DNA from: the human T2T-CHM13v2.0 reference genome, Homo sapiens
DNA length: 64,000 nucleotides
NCBI RefSeq assembly: GCF_009914755.1
Contig: NC_060945.1
Reading direction: 5' to 3' (one strand)
Below are positions 46,218-63,324 of the stretch, piece after piece. The stretch's first letter is position 1; each line of letters opens with the position of its first letter. The translations under genes were made by a program, and so were the position numbers. The notes below the pieces were generated by a model. The model searched no databases. It saw only the letters and a program-made list of their open reading frames with translations, and had not been told where the DNA came from.

Positions 46218-48967
46218 GTCAAGATTTTTTTAAAGCTCTCATTTTCCTCCCACTGGGTTTTTCCTGTTTGCAACCTCAATCTTTCTCTGTCTCTTTTTGT
46301 GTACACCTTTTTGTCTAATTCTCTCTCTCTATTGTATACCTCAAACACAGGAAGCAAGCTTCAATGCTATGAGATGCTCCATGTAGAGACCCACATAACA
46401 GAGAGCTGAGGGGGTGCTCAGACCAGTAGAAAGAAGGAAAGTCAGGCTCTCCAGCCACACTAAACCCTGCCAATTTTCACATGAGTCAGCTTAAAAGCTC
46501 ATGCTTTCCCAGTCCAGCTTCAGTTAAGACCACAGTCCCAATCTCATAAAAGACGTGAAGGCAGAGGTACCCAACTGAACTGTGTCCAGATTCTGGTCCA
46601 CACAAATTATGAGATATTATATGTTGTTGAAAAGTGCTGACTTTTAGGGCAATGTTGTCAGAAAGGAGCAGATATCTAACCTCATCTCACAGGCCCTAGG
46701 ATTCTCCATCCCTCTACTTATATCTTCCTCAGGCTGTCTGCAGCCAAACTTTCTAACCTCTGCCAAACTCACACCTATGAGTCTCTTCACTAAGGGTGGC
46801 TTCTCCCTGACACATACATGTGCAGAGATGTCTCCCTGTTGTCATCCTTATCATGGATTAAAAGTCACCTCAGTGAGGCCTTAGGTCCTCCCATGCAATA
46901 ATTTTCCAGCTTTTCTTCTCAACATTCCACTTTATATTATAGTCCTTCCTCTTTTCTTTCACATATACTTGCTTTAGTGCTTTTGTCCAGCTGTCCTCAG
47001 ACTGTTTTGTCCTGGGTTGGGGGGTGCAGGCATCATGTAATAATTTTCTGTACCACGTTGCACCCACCTGGTTAGCTGGCAAAGGGTGAGCGCAAGGGAA
47101 AAAAGACTGGCTAAGTGATTATATGGAGGATCTCTAATATCCCTTCCCCTTTTGACCACCTGATAATGTGGAGATCATTGATAACAACATGAGGTGTGTG
47201 ACTCTTACTTGTTCCAGCTGCTCCAGCAAAGCTCAGTGGGCACCAGAAACAGAGCTGGCTGTAACCACCCCCAGGCCATCACTAACTCTATGGCCCAATG
47301 CAGGAGCACTATGGAACAAATCAGGTATCTTGATTTTTCTGTCCTCAAGACACTGGTTCTTCAAGGTCCTAGGGGATAAAGTAGCAGAATCTGAAGGCCC
47401 CAATTACAATGAGTGACCTTGGAATCCCCCTTTGCCTTCTATTTGCCTCTACCTTTTGGGTTGTGCTATTTATCCATGAGATATCCTCCCCTTATCCAGT
47501 GAAATTAGTTTCTACCACTTTCAAATGAGGACCTTAAGAACCCAACAGGAGCTGGGATTTTCCGTGGACTTCAGCCTCAGAGTCCAATGTTCTGGAACAT
47601 TTAGCTCCGTCTCATCTTCATCTACCCAAGATGCCTCTGAAGTGGCCATGCCTCCCTCTGATTTGAAGGACCTACAGAGAGTGGATGCATTTTTGCACAG
47701 TCTCAGAGCAAGAATCAGGGCTGGAAGACACTTATGAGTATGTGAAATCGTCGAGGTCACCCAGTTCAAAGAGCCCTATTTATGAGGAAGAAAACAGGTT
47801 TTCCTGCAGGCATTCTCTACATTAGGCTGAGGTGGAGCATAGCTCATTTTACTTCCAGGTGCCCTCAGAGCTGGATGCAAAACCCCAGTCCTGTCATCTT
47901 GAAATTGACATGGAGAGGTCCCCATGTGAACAGAACCCTGTATCTGCTCATTCTCTGTGCCCCTGAATGTGAAGCTACAGGCTCTAACTTCCAAAGCAAA
48001 CCTGATAGGTGGGATGGAGCCAAGGCCTAGGAAGCTGGAGCTCTCTCTAATGCTCTGGAGCCTGCCCACCTCCTGAGATCTGGATCAGTCCCTGCCTCTT
48101 TTGGGGCCTCATTTTCCCAATTGTAATGTAATGAGAAATTAAATGTAAAATTGCATAAGCATATGATCTGTGAGAATTTGGTGTCAGAGTCCTCAATACT
48201 GGATGATATATTTTGGTGGGAGGGGTTTGGGCCCCAGAGGTTCTCGGGACTCCTGACATATCCATTGCAGTAGGTGTAGAGCTCAGGAGATCCAGATCTT
48301 CTTTCCTGAGCCAGCTGATTACAATACAATGTACCACGGGCTATGATCTTAAATATGATTTCACAGGATTCCCCACCTTCAGCCACCATCTGCTCTGTGC
48401 TTCCCTTATTTTGGGGAGCTGATGACAACCTCCATTATAGTGAGAGAGTCCAAGAAACTAGACTTGTGGACCTGGAGAAAAGAAAAAAACACTTTTCTAT
48501 TTCTCTCAAACTGTAGAATCTGTTGTCAAATATTTAATTTTGATTCCATCTGAGCTTGATAATACGTTCATGTGTTAAGAGCTGCTTAAATTTATTTTTT
48601 CTGTGGTGTGGGATAATGTCTTTTCCCATATTTTAAATCAACTTCTAAAAGCTCTCTTTAAAGTGGAGATGTGAACATCTTTGTGATATAAACTGCACAT
48701 ATTTGTTGCAAGATTGTTCTTTTTCTCTTTGTTAAAATGTTTTGTTTTATTCTGGTTTGGATGTCCTTCAGGGTTTTGTTTTGTGGCTATTTATTACTAC
48801 AATGCAACTTCTCCCCTAATTGACTGACAGGTTTGTACATTCTCAATAAAATATTTTGGTAAAGTCTTTGTAAAAACTGTGTAGACAATTTTACAGTTTT
48901 CATAAACATAAAACAGTCAAGACTGTCATGATGAAAAAGAAAGATTGAGGGCTTAAAAATTAAAATA

Positions 48968-51900
48968 TGACACAGCTAAAGTAGTGTGCAAAGGGAAATT
49001 TATGGCACTAAATGCCCACAAGAGAAAGCAGAAAAGGTCTAAAATCGGCATCATAATATCACAATTAAAAATCTAGGGAAGCAAGAGCAAACAAATTCAA
49101 AAGCTAGCAGAAGACAAGAAATAATTAAGATCACAGCAGAACTGAAGGAGATAGACACACAAAAAGCCCGTCCAAAAAATCAACGAATCCAGGAGCTGTT
49201 TTTTTGAAAAGATCAAGAAATAAATAAACTGCTAGCCAGAGTAATAAGGAAGAAGAGAAGAATCAAATACATGCAATAGGAAATGATAAAGGGGATATAA
49301 CCATTGATCCACAGAAATAAAAATTACCATTAGAGAATATTATAAAAAACTCTTTGCAAATTAACTAGAAAATCTAGACGAAATGGATAAATTCCTGGAC
49401 ACATATACCCTCCCAAGTCCAAACCAGTAAGAAGTCGAATCCCTGAATATGCCAATAACAAGTTCTAAAATTGAGGCAGTAACTAATAGCCTACCAACCA
49501 AAAGAAGTCCAGGACCAGAAGGATTCACAGCCGAATTCTACCAAAGGTACAAAGAGGAGCTGGTACCATTCCTTCTGGAACTATTTCAAACAATAGAAAA
49601 GAGGTACTCCTCCTTAACTAATTTTATGCATCCAGCATCATCCTAAAATCAAAACTTGGCAAAGACACACCAGAAAAAGAAAATTTCAGGCCCGTATCCC
49701 TGATGAATATCGATGTGAAAATCCTCAATAAAATACTGGCAAACCGAATCCAGCAACACATCAAAAAGCTTATCCACCACGATCTAGTCAGCTTAATCCC
49801 TCGGATGCAAAGCTTGTTCAACATATGCAAATCAATAAATGTAATCCATCACATAAACAGAACTAATGACAAAAACCACATGATTATCTCAATAGATGCA
49901 AAAAAGGCCTTCAGCAAAATTCAACACCTCTTCATGGTAAAAACTCTCAATGAATTATGTATTGATGGAACTTATCTCAACATAATAAGAGCTATTTATG
50001 ACAAACGCACAGCCAATATACTGAATGGGAAAAAACTTGAAACATTCCTTTTGAAAATCTGCACAAAACAAGAATACCCTCTCTCACCACTCCTATTCAA
50101 TATAGTATTGGAAATTCTGGCCAGGGCAATCAGTCAAGAGAAAGAAACAAAGCGTAATCAAATAGGAAGAGGAACTCAAGTTGTCTCTGTTTGCAGCTGA
50201 CATGATTGTATATTTAGAAAACCCCATCGTCTCAGCCCAAAATCTCCTTAAACCAATATGCAACTTCAAAAAAGTCTCAGTATACAAAATCAGTGTTCAA
50301 AAATCACAAGAATTCCTATACACAATAATAGACAAACAGAGAGCCAAATCATGCATGAACTCTCATTCACAATTGTTACAAAGAGAATAAAATACCTAGG
50401 AATCCAACTTAAAAGGGATGGGAAGGACTTCTTCAAGGAGATCTACAAACCACTGCTCAAGGAAATAAGAGAGGACACAAACAAATGAAAAACAATCCGT
50501 GCTCATGGATAGGAAGAATCAATATTGTGAAAATGGCCATACTGCCCAAAGTAATTTATAAATTCAGTGTTATCCCCATCAAGCTCCCATTGACTTTCTT
50601 TACATAATTAGAAAAAAAACTACTTTAAATTTCATATGGAATCAAAAAAGATCCTGCATAGACAAGACAATCCTAAGCAAAAAGAACAAAAGTGGAGGCA
50701 TCACGCTAGCTATCTTCAAACTATACTAAAAGGCCACAGTAACCAAGACAGTATGGTACTGGTACCAAAACAGATATATTGACAAATGGAACAGAACAGA
50801 GGCCCCAGAAATAACATCAAACATCTACAACCATCTGATCTTTGATGAACCTGACAAAAACAAGTAATGGGGAAAGGATTCCTTATTTAATAAATGGTGT
50901 TGGGAAAACTAGATAGCCATATGCAAAAAAATGAAACTGGACGTCTTCCTTACTAGTTATACAAAAATTAACTGAAGATGGATTAAAGACTTAAATGTAA
51001 GACTTAAAACCATAAAAACCCCCTAAAAAACAAAGGCATTACCATTCAGGACATAGGCGTGGGCAAAGACTTCATGACTAAAACAGCAAAAACAATGGCA
51101 ACAAAAGCCAAAATTGACAAACGAGATGTAATTAAAGTAAAGAGCTTCTTCACAACAAAAGAAACTATCATCAGAGTGAACAGGCAACCCACAGAAAGGG
51201 AGAAAATTTATGCAATCTATCCATCTGACAATGGGCTAATATGCAGAATCTACAAAAAACTTAAGCAAATTTACAAGAAAAAAACAAACAACCATATCAA
51301 AAATGGGCAAAGGACATGAACAGACACTTCTGAAAAGAAGACATTTATGCAGCCAACAAACATATGAAAAAAAAACTCATCATCACTGGTCATTAGATAA
51401 ATGCAAATCAAAAACACAATGAGAAACCATCTCACTCCAGTTAGAATGGTGATCATTGGAAAAATCAGGAAACAACAGATGCTGGAGAGGATGTGGAGAA
51501 ATAGGAACACTTTTACACTGTTGGTGAGAGTGTAAATTAGTTCAACCATTGTGGAAGACAGTATGGCAATTCCTCAAGGATCTACAATGAGAAATACCAT
51601 TTGATCCAGCAATCCCATTACTGGGTATATAACCAAATGATTATAAATTATTCTACTACTTAGACACATGCAAACATATGTTTATTATGGCACTGTGCAC
51701 AAGAGCAAAAACTTTGAACCAAACCAAATGCCCATCAGTGATAGAATGAATAAAGAAAATGTGGCATGTATACATCATGGAATACAATGCAGTCATAAAA
51801 AGGATGAGTTCATGTCCTTTGCAGGGACATGGATGAAGCTGGAAACCACCATTCTCAGCAAACTAACACAAGAGTAGAAAAGCAAACATCACATGTTCTC

Positions 51901-52013
51901 TCTCACAGTTGGGAGATAAACAAAGAGAACACAGGGACACAGGAAGGGGAACACCACACACTGGAGCCTGTCAGGAAGTGGGGGACTATGGGAGGGATAG
52001 CATTAGAAGATAT
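48968..52013 (+). mobile_element. L1PA (L1PA6-8-like) ORF2 to 3' UTR, 5'-truncated and lacking the terminal 3' UTR and poly-A
   Basis: ORF 49703..50200 ([22 protein letters not shown]) is L1 RT. The catalytic FADD motif reads FAAD (~50190-50201). Multiple stops and frameshifts. Confidence 0.95.
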
Positions 52014-53204
52014 ATTCCTGGCCTAGGCCACTATTGCGATTTTCTAAATTTTGTTTCAAAAACATGATGTTTCAAAAATTGTTATTGATATGTAATTATA
52101 CAAATATATAGTTCAGAAAAAAGAATCAACATTAATTATGCTTTTTCCAAAATACTTTATGGTTTTGAGCTCTTCTAGCAGTGACATTTTTGCTGTAGGT
52201 AGTTGCTCTATATCTGGTATATTCATCATAGCATCCTTTGTACCCTTTACACTTATCCTTCAACTTCCCACTCTCCTTAAGTGTAAATTTTCAAGGCCAG
52301 AGCTCCCATATCTTCCCAATATTACCTTTTGAAAAGAAGCTCCTATGTACTGTTTTCTCTGGTTCTTGTTGGATATAATGCTAAAAGAGCTGGAAAATAA
52401 TAATTTTTTAAAAAATTCGGTGATGAAATTAAGGTAAATATATTTTATAAATCTAATGAACAAAATGAGGCCAGCTGAGAACACAATGATAGTTGAAGAA
52501 GAACCTGAGATCCTGTTTCTCTCAATGGATGTATGAACTTAACTGCAATTGGGTGAGCAAAGCCAGTTGAGTTTGTAGCACCCCTCATGAGAAAAAAGCC
52601 AACTATAACCACATTTAGAAGAAAGAAAATTTGGTTACATTTGTGCACTACAGAACAGTGCAGTTAGATAAAATTCTGTCCATTCCATGATTCTCCCTCG
52701 GGAAAGAAAACAGAGTGAAACGTGTATGCAAACTTCTGACTTATTGATTTATACCTTTAACATTTAGTGTTGACCAGAATAGAGATAGAGTTTAAATGAC
52801 AGCTTGGGTCGACTGAGAATAAAGATAAATGTTTCTTACAACAAAGAGACTGTAGTGCCTGCAACAGTGACAAAGAGAAGAGACTAAAGGCTCCTAAGAG
52901 GAAAGAGAGGTAAACCTTATTAACAAGAAAATACATACAGTAGTCCAAAGAAGACACATTTTGACAACAGATTGGAGAAGCTCCCGGAATGACTAGTGTG
53001 GCTGAATATTGTCAATTTTCCCATGTACAAGCTTTTTCATAAAGGATAAAATAGGTAGTGGTTTCTTAATTGACCAAAACCTTAACAAAACCACAGTACA
53101 TAAAAGCAACCAGGAAATATAGCCTAATGAAACGAGAAAAATATATATTCAAGTGACCCTAAAGAAGTGGAGATCTATGAATTATTTTTTAACTTAAAAT
53201 CATT

Positions 53205-53505
53205 TTATTTTTCTTTATTTTTTCATTTTATACACAGGATCTTACTCTATCTCCTGGGACAGATTGCAGTGGTGCAATCACAGCTCACTGTAACCTCAAA
53301 TTTCTGAAGTAAAGCAGTCATGCCTCCTATGTCTCCTGAGTAAATATGACCACAGTTGGGCACACTACCACACCTGTATAGTTTCTTTAAAAGAATCTGT
53401 ACAAACAGAATGTTGTTATGTTGCCTCGGCTGGTCTCAAACTCCTGGTCTCAGGCAATCCTACTGCCTCAGTCTGAAAGTGCTGGCATGAGCCACCATAC
53501 CTGGA
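53205..53505 (-). mobile_element. AluJ (diverged)
   Basis: Antisense Alu body with T-rich head. Confidence 0.8.
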
Positions 53506-53519
53506 ATTGTTTCTCTTTT

Positions 53520-55510
<1,991 letters not shown>

Positions 55511-55511
55511 A

Positions 55512-56118
55512 AGGCGGTCTTACTCTCTCACCCAGACAGGAATACAATATCATGGTTATAACTCAATGCAGCCTCAAATTCCTGGGAACTCAAGGAATAA
55601 TCTTACATCAGCCTCCAACTTCCTGAGACTACAGGAACATTCCACCATTCATGATTAATCTGTAAAAATATTTTTTACATATAGCTTCTCACAATATTGC
55701 CCAGGGTGGTCTCAAACTCCTAGCCTTAAGTAATTGATATGGTTTGGCTCTCTGTCCCCAACCAAATCTCATCTTGAATTGTAATAATCTCCACATGTCC
55801 TGGGAGGGACCCTGTGGGAGGTAATTGAATCATGGGGGTGGGATTTTCCCATGCTGTTCTCATGATAGCAAAAAAGTCTCACGTGATCTGATGGTTTTAT
55901 AAGTGGAGATTCCCCTGAACAAAGTCTCCTGTTTGCTCCAATAATTGTGAGACCTCCCCAGCCATGTGAAACTGTGAGGCCATTAACCTTTTTCATTATG
56001 AATTATCCAGTCTTGGTTATGTCTTTATTAACAGCATGAGAATTTATTAATACAGTAATCCCCTTGCCTTAGCTTTCAAAGTAGCTGGAATTAGACACAA
56101 ATATCAATGTGCCTGGCT
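55512..56118 (-). mobile_element. Diverged AluJ split by a MaLR LTR
   Basis: Alu homology on both sides of 55735-56054. Confidence 0.7.
55735..56054 (+). mobile_element. THE1/MSTA solo LTR
   Basis: TGATATGGTTTGGCT...TAATACA with a 5-bp TSD gtaat (55730-55734, 56055-56059). Confidence 0.92.
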
Positions 56119-57244
56119 AAAACACCTAGCTTAAAGATGCTCATTCAGCTAAAGAAGAACATAGAAAGCTAAACAGAAAAAGAAAACAATTCATGAAGAT
56201 AATGAGATTATCAATGAAGTGATTAAAAGTACAAAATAGAAACATAAAGTGTGGAGCTGAAAAATAAAATACCTGAATTTAGAGATTCACTAGAAGGTCC
56301 AACAACTGGTTTGATCTAGCAGGAAAAAATCCAGCAAGCTTCATAAGAAGTCTTTTGAAATTATATGGTGAGGAGGGTAAAAATAATTTTAAAAATTAAG
56401 AAAGCCTAAGGGACTTATGGGATACCATTAAGATGGCCAATATACTTCTAATGGGAATTCTAAAATAAAAAGAGAGAAAAGAGAGCAGCAAAGTTATTTC
56501 AAGAAACAAACAGTGGCTGAGAACTCTCAAAATTTGAGGGAGAAAATGGCCTAAAATTTAATGAAACTTTACCAACTAGTAGCAACACAGGGAGACCCAT
56601 GACAAGACACATTTTAATCAGAGATTCAAATGTTAAAACACCGAGAATCTTGAAGTCAGCAAGAAAAAATGACTTAGCATGTACAATGTTACCCCTATAG
56701 GATGACCAGCAGATGTCTCAGCCAATAGCATGCAGGCAAGAGGTTGTAGGATGACATACTCAAAGTGCTGAAAAAAATGGCAAGTACCAACCAAGAACAC
56801 TATGTCTGCCAAAGCTATCATTTCAAATGAATTAAAAAATAAAAATAAAGAATATTCAAGATCAACGAAAACTGTATTAATTTATGCACGGTAGGCCTGT
56901 ATAAAAAAATGCTAGTCATTGACATTAAAAAATAAAATAATGATGAGAGCAACATAGAATTATGTAAAATATAAAGTTTTCTAACAGATAATTATGTACA
57001 CAATTATAATATTTTTGTTATTATAATGAAGATGCACAGAATACTTTTAATTCTGCTATGTAGTTGAGATAACAAAGACTTAAAAATGACTATATAACTG
57101 TGCCAATAGATTCACAATACAAAATGATGTAATTCGCGACATCAATAAAACACATAGGCAGCCATAAAGAGGCAGGGTTTTATATGCTATAGTAGTTATT
57201 TTTGGTAATATCTATAGTAACAACAAAGAAAATACCTATAGTAC

Positions 57245-57480
57245 TTAGGATTTTGAGACTAGTCTGGGCAACATGGCAAAACCCTGTCTCTATGAAAAAT
57301 AACAAAAATTAGCCAGGAGTACTGGTGCACATCTGTGGTCCCAGGTACTCAGAAGGCTGTGGTGGGAGGATTGTTTGAGTTGAGCCTGAGAGGCAGAGCT
57401 TGCAATAAGCAGATATTGTGCCACTGCCCTCCAGCCTGGGCGACAGAGCAAGACCCTGTCAAAAAAAAAAAAAAAAAGGA
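57245..57480 (+). mobile_element. AluJ, 5'-truncated
   Basis: Alu body plus poly-A. Confidence 0.85.
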
Positions 57481-57621
57481 AATACCTATAATACACACAC
57501 ACAAAGACATACACACAGAGAGAGTAGTGAGAAAAGAAGTAAAACATGTCACTATAAAAATCAATAATACGCTAAGAAAGAGAACAAGAGAGAAAAACAG
57601 GAAATAATAGCTACAGGACCG

Positions 57622-57927
57622 GCCAGGAGCGGTGGCTCACGCCTGTAATCCTAGCAATTTGGGAGGCCGAGGTGGGTGGATCAACGAGGTCAGGAGATTG
57701 AGACCATCCTGGCTAACACAGTGAAACCCTGTCTCTACTAAAAAAAATAAACAAATAAAAATAAAAAAAAGCCGGGCATGGTGGCGGGTGCCTGAATTCC
57801 CAGCTGCTGGGGAATCTGAGGCAGGAGAATGGCGTGAATCCGGGAGGCGGAGCTTGCAGGGAGCCAAGATTGCACCACTGCACTCCAGCCTGGGCAACAG
57901 AGCAAAACTCCGTCTCAAAAGAAAAAG
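57622..57927 (+). mobile_element. AluY-like
   Basis: 'gagaccatcctggctaacacagtg' and 'ggcgtgaatccgggaggcggagcttgcag' AluY diagnostics. Confidence 0.88.
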
Positions 57928-58718
57928 CTACAGGACCTAAAACAAAAAAGAAACAAAATTAAATAGAAAGTCATAGGAAATTATTCCCTTTTAGTAATGA
58001 TTTTTTATATATATAAATTATGTCAATCAAAAACATACTTTCACTAAATAAATTCATGAAACAAGATTCAACTCTCTGCTTCCTACAAATGACCACATTA
58101 TGATCTGGAACACGCATAAGCCATACATGAAAGAATTAAAAAAATTAAATGCAAAATCAAATACTGTCATGGTAGACAAAATATATATTATATCAAAAAC
58201 TTCCTCAAGAGAGAAGAAGAAAAGGACAATAACAACAACAACAATAAAAGCAACAAAAAACAACATACATCAATAAAAGCAACAACAATAAAACAACATG
58301 CAACAATAAAAGCAACAGTAATGTATGTGCCTTACATCACAGTTCCCAAAATATGAAGCAACATTTTACAGAATTGAAACATGAAGTAGCCAGCACATAA
58401 CAGTAGATGACTTTTTTATCAGACTTTTAGTAATGTAAATTAAAAAACAAACATAAGATGAATAAGTAAACAGAGGATTTCAACAACACAATAGAACAAT
58501 TAGACCTAACAGTCACATTTATATCTCTCCACTCAACAGTAGAATATGCAATACTTTTAATCACACATGCCACAATATTCCAGATAGACCACCTGTTAAG
58601 TTAAAAAACACATCTTAGCAAATTTCAGCAGATGGAATTACACAAATTATTCCTAACTATGATACAATAAAACAAGAAGTTAAAAACACTAGCATGTCAA
58701 AGAATAAGTAAAAATTAA

Positions 58719-59147
<429 letters not shown>

Positions 59148-59522
59148 TGAAACTTTTTGCAGAAGTTTTAAAATATTCTACAATTTTTATGGAATTTCAA
59201 GTGATCACAAACAGCCAAACAATATTGGGAAAAAAATATAAAGACAGAGGCATCATACTTTCTATTTTCTAAACATACTATGAACATATAGTAATCAAAA
59301 CAGTTTGGTACTGACATAAAGACAAATGAATGATGAAACAGATGAGAGAGTCCAGACATAAGTCCTCATGGGTATAGTAAACATATTTTTAAAATGTGTT
59401 CCAAGAATCACAAAAAGGAAAGAACAGTCTCTTCAACAAACAGTATTGGGAATAATAAAAATTTACAAGGAAAAAATAACAAAGTTAGACCTTAACTTGC
59501 AACAGATAAAAACATAAACTCA

Positions 59523-59815
59523 AGGCTGGGTGTGGTGGCTCACACCTGTAATCCCAACACTTTGGGTGACTGAGACAAGTGAATCACAAGGTCAGGATAT
59601 CAAGACCATCCTGGCCAACATGGGGAAACAACGTCTCTACTAAAAATACAAACAAAAATTAGTTGGCGGTGGTGGCACATGCCTGCAGTTCCAGACACTC
59701 AGGAGGCTGATGCAGGAGAATCTCTGGAATCCGGGAGGCAAGAGTTTCAGTGAGCTGAGATCATGTCACTGCGCTCCAGCCTGGTGACAGAGAAAGACTC
59801 CACCACAAATAAAGA
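59523..59815 (+). mobile_element. AluSc-like
   Basis: Alu dimer flanked by TSD 'ataaactcaa'. Confidence 0.88.
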
Positions 59816-60342
59816 AATAAACTCAAAATAACTAATTTTTGGTAGCTATTAAAATGGAATTTATAATTTTATTTTTCAGATAGTTCGCTATCATCATACA
59901 GAAAGCTACTACTGTGTTAATTTTCTGCAATGTTACAGAATTTGTTTAGTAGTTCTAATAGTTTTTGGTGTAGTGTTTAGAGTTTTTCACATATAAGATT
60001 ATTTTGTCCACAATCAGAGACCATTTGACTTCATCCTTTCAATTAGTATGACTTTTATTTCTTCCTCTTGCCTAATTTCCTTGGCTAGGACTTCCAGTAC
60101 TATGTTGAATAAGAGGGCTGAAAGTTTGGACGATTTGTCTTGTTCCAGATCTCAGAGAGAAAGCTTTCAACTTTTCCTTATTCAGTATAAAGTTAGCATT
60201 GCTTTTTCATAAATGGCCTTTATTGAGTTAAGGCACATACCTTCTATTCCTAACTTGTTGAGAGTTTTCATCATAATCAAGGCTGAATTTCATCCAATTC
60301 TTCTTCTGCATATGCAAAAGCTACAAAAATGAAAATACTTAA

Positions 60343-60721
60343 CGTGATGGCTAATACAGGGTCTCAAATTGATTGGATTGGAGGATAGAAAGCATTGATC
60401 CTGGGTGTGTCTGTGAGGGTGTTGCCAAAGGACATTAACATTTGAGTCAGTGGGCTGGGAAAGGGAGATCCACTCTTAATTGGGTGAGCACCATCTAATG
60501 AGCTGACAGTGAATATAAAGCAGGCAGAAAAACGTGAAAAAGAGAGACTGGCCTAAGCTCCCAGACTACATCTTTCTCCTGTGCTGGACACTTGCAGTCC
60601 TCAAACATCAGACTCCAAGTTCTTCAGCTTTGGGACATGGACCGCCTCTCCTTGCTCCTCAAACTTGCAGACAACCTATTGTGGGATCTCATGATCTCTC
60701 TAGGGAAGCCCAACTAATACA
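60343..60721 (+). mobile_element. MLT2A (HERV-L) solo LTR
   Basis: 'gattggattgga...gatcctgggtgtgtctgtgagggtgttgccaaagg...taacatttgagtcagtgggctggg' ending in 'actaataca'. Confidence 0.88.
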
Positions 60722-62415
60722 CCTAGCAACAAACTTAACTAAAAAGGTAAAAGATCTCTACTCTGAAAACGACAAAACATGGATAAAAAATATAAAATAC
60801 AAATGAATAAATAAAAAATATTGTGTTTATACACTGGAAGAATACTGTTGATATAGCTACCCAAAGTGATCTACAGACTTAATGTGATTTTTATCAAAAT
60901 ACCAATGACATTTTTTCACAGAAATAAAAAAATTTAAATTTATATGGATCCACAAAAAACTCTGAATAGACAAAGCAACTTTGAGCAAAATAAGCAAAGC
61001 TGAAGGCATCACTTCATCAAACTTCAAAACTTGCTATAAAGCTACAGTAACCAAAACAGCACTGTACTGGCATAAAAACAAACACATAGACTAATGTGCC
61101 CAATAAGCCCGGAAGTTAATTTATGCACCTAAAGCCAACAGATTGTCAACAAAATTACCAAGAACACACTTTAGAGAAAAGCTAATCTCTTTAATAAATG
61201 GTGCAGGGCCATTTAAATATTTATATTCAGAAAAATAATACTAGACCCTTGTACCTTGCCATATATGATAATCAACTAAAACTAAAGACTTAAATGTAAT
61301 GCCATCAATTATGAAACTATTAGAGAAAAACATAAAAAAATGCTTTATAACATTGGACGGTGAAAGGATTATTAAAATAAGATTTCAAAACATGGGCAAC
61401 AAAATCAAGAATAAACAAACAACATTATGTCAAACTAAAATGCTTTTTCATATTAAAAAAACAACTAAAAGTTTGAAGAGACAGCTTAGGCGATGACAGA
61501 AAATGTTTTCATATACATGTGACAAAAGGCTAATATTCAGAATATATAAGAAACTTTAAAATCTCAAAATAAAATACACTTATAATCTAATTTAAAAAAT
61601 GCAAAAGATCTTAATAGATGTTTGTCAAAAAGAGATACAAAAATGGCTAACTGGAACACAAAAAGATGCTCTACATTACTAATCACCAAGGAAATGCAAA
61701 TCCAAACTGCAATGAAGTACCACCTCATTCCCATTAGAATGGCTATAATAAAAATAAATAAATAAATAAATCAAGAACTAATGAGGATATAAAAAAGAGT
61801 GGATGTATACCTTGTTGGTGGAATTGTAAATTAGTATGGCCATTATAGAAAATAGTATGGAGGTTTCTGAAAGAAATTAAAAATATATCTATTATATGAT
61901 CCAGCAATTTTACTTCTGGGTGTATATCCAAAAGAAAGGATATTACTGTGTCAAAAAGATATTTGCATTCCCATGTTCATTACAGAACTATTTATAATAG
62001 CTTATATATGGAATCAATTCAAATGTACAGCAACAGATAAATGGATAAGGAAAATGTACTATATATACACAGCGAAATACTATTCAGCCATAAGAAAGCA
62101 TAAAATTCTGTCAGTTAAAAAGAGCATGGATGAACCTTGAGCATACCATGTTAAGTAAAATAAGCCACACAGAGAAACACAAATACTTTATGATCTTATT
62201 ATCTCACTCATTTGAGGAACCTGAAAAAAAGGGTTGATAGAAGCAAAGAGTACAACAGGGGTTACCAGAGACTGAAGCAGGAGGATGGGAAAAGGTTGCT
62301 TCACAGGTATTGTGTTATGATTAGATAGGGGAAATAAGTTTTTGTTTTTTATTACACAGTAGAATAATAATAATTAATGAAAAGTTATCTCATATTACAA
62401 AATAGCTAAAAGAGA

Positions 62416-62708
62416 CCAGTTTTGGTGGCATATTCTCGCAATCCATACATTTTGGGAGATTGAGGTAGGAGAATCACTTGATGTCAGAAGTTCAAGATGA
62501 GCCTGGACAACATAGTGTGACCCCGTCTGTATGAAAAATTAAAACATTAGCCAGGCATGGTGGCAGCTTCCTGTAGTCTCAGCTAATTGGGAAACTAAGG
62601 TTAGAAGACTGTTTGAAGTTACAGTGAGCTAGGATTGCACCACTGCACACCAGTCTGGGTGTTAGAGCAAGATCCTGTCTCTAAAATAATTAATACATAA
62701 AGATAAAA
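62416..62708 (+). mobile_element. AluJ inserted in the L1MA 3' end
   Basis: Alu body with TSD 'aaaatagctaaa' on both sides. Confidence 0.82.
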
Positions 62709-63324
62709 TAAAATAGCTAAAGAAGGAGCTTTTGAATATTCTCACCACAAAAATAACAAATGCATGAGGCAACAAATATAGAAGTACTGATTTTTATTGT
62801 TATACAACACATATATATAATTGTTTCCCCAAAATATGCACAATTACATGTGTCAATTTTAAAAAATGAATGAAGACTATAATGTAAAACCTATAGCTGT
62901 AAAATTCCTAGCACAATACAGAAGGGTGAAGCTTCATTACAACTGGTCGTGGCAATAATTTGGGGGACGTAGCATCAACGGATGAGACAACAAAAGCAAG
63001 GGAATACACATGGTACTGAATCAGTGTATGAAAAATATCCCAAACAGACAAAGCAGAACATGGAATAGATATATGCACATTGTAGTATTACTCACAAACA
63101 TGTTACCTGGAAGCAAATGTACCCTTAAGGATGAGTAGATTCAGCAAACAGGGCACGTACAATCACTGGGATAGCATTCAGCCTTAAAAATAAGGAAATC
63201 TTGAAAAGTACTACAATAAGGACAAATCTTCAAAACATTCTGTTAAGTAAAATAAGACAGTCAAAAAGGAAAGCTGTATAATTACACTCATGTAAAATAT
63301 TTAGTCAAAGTCAAAGAAACCAAG

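Larger units (their letters stand above)
59835..62870. mobile_element. L1MA element: antisense piece 59835-60310, then sense ORF2 to 3' end; interrupted by MLT2A and an Alu
   Basis: Antisense ORF2 phrases, then sense L1MA ORF2 and 3' UTR. Confidence 0.75.

Noticed and set aside
47521-48428. Cluster of 70-133 aa ORFs in non-repeat-looking DNA
   Set aside because: No recognisable protein family or consistent exon structure.
49449-51877. Functional L1 reverse transcriptase
   Set aside because: Fragmented by stops and frameshifts, FADD mutated to FAAD, and no promoter or ORF1.
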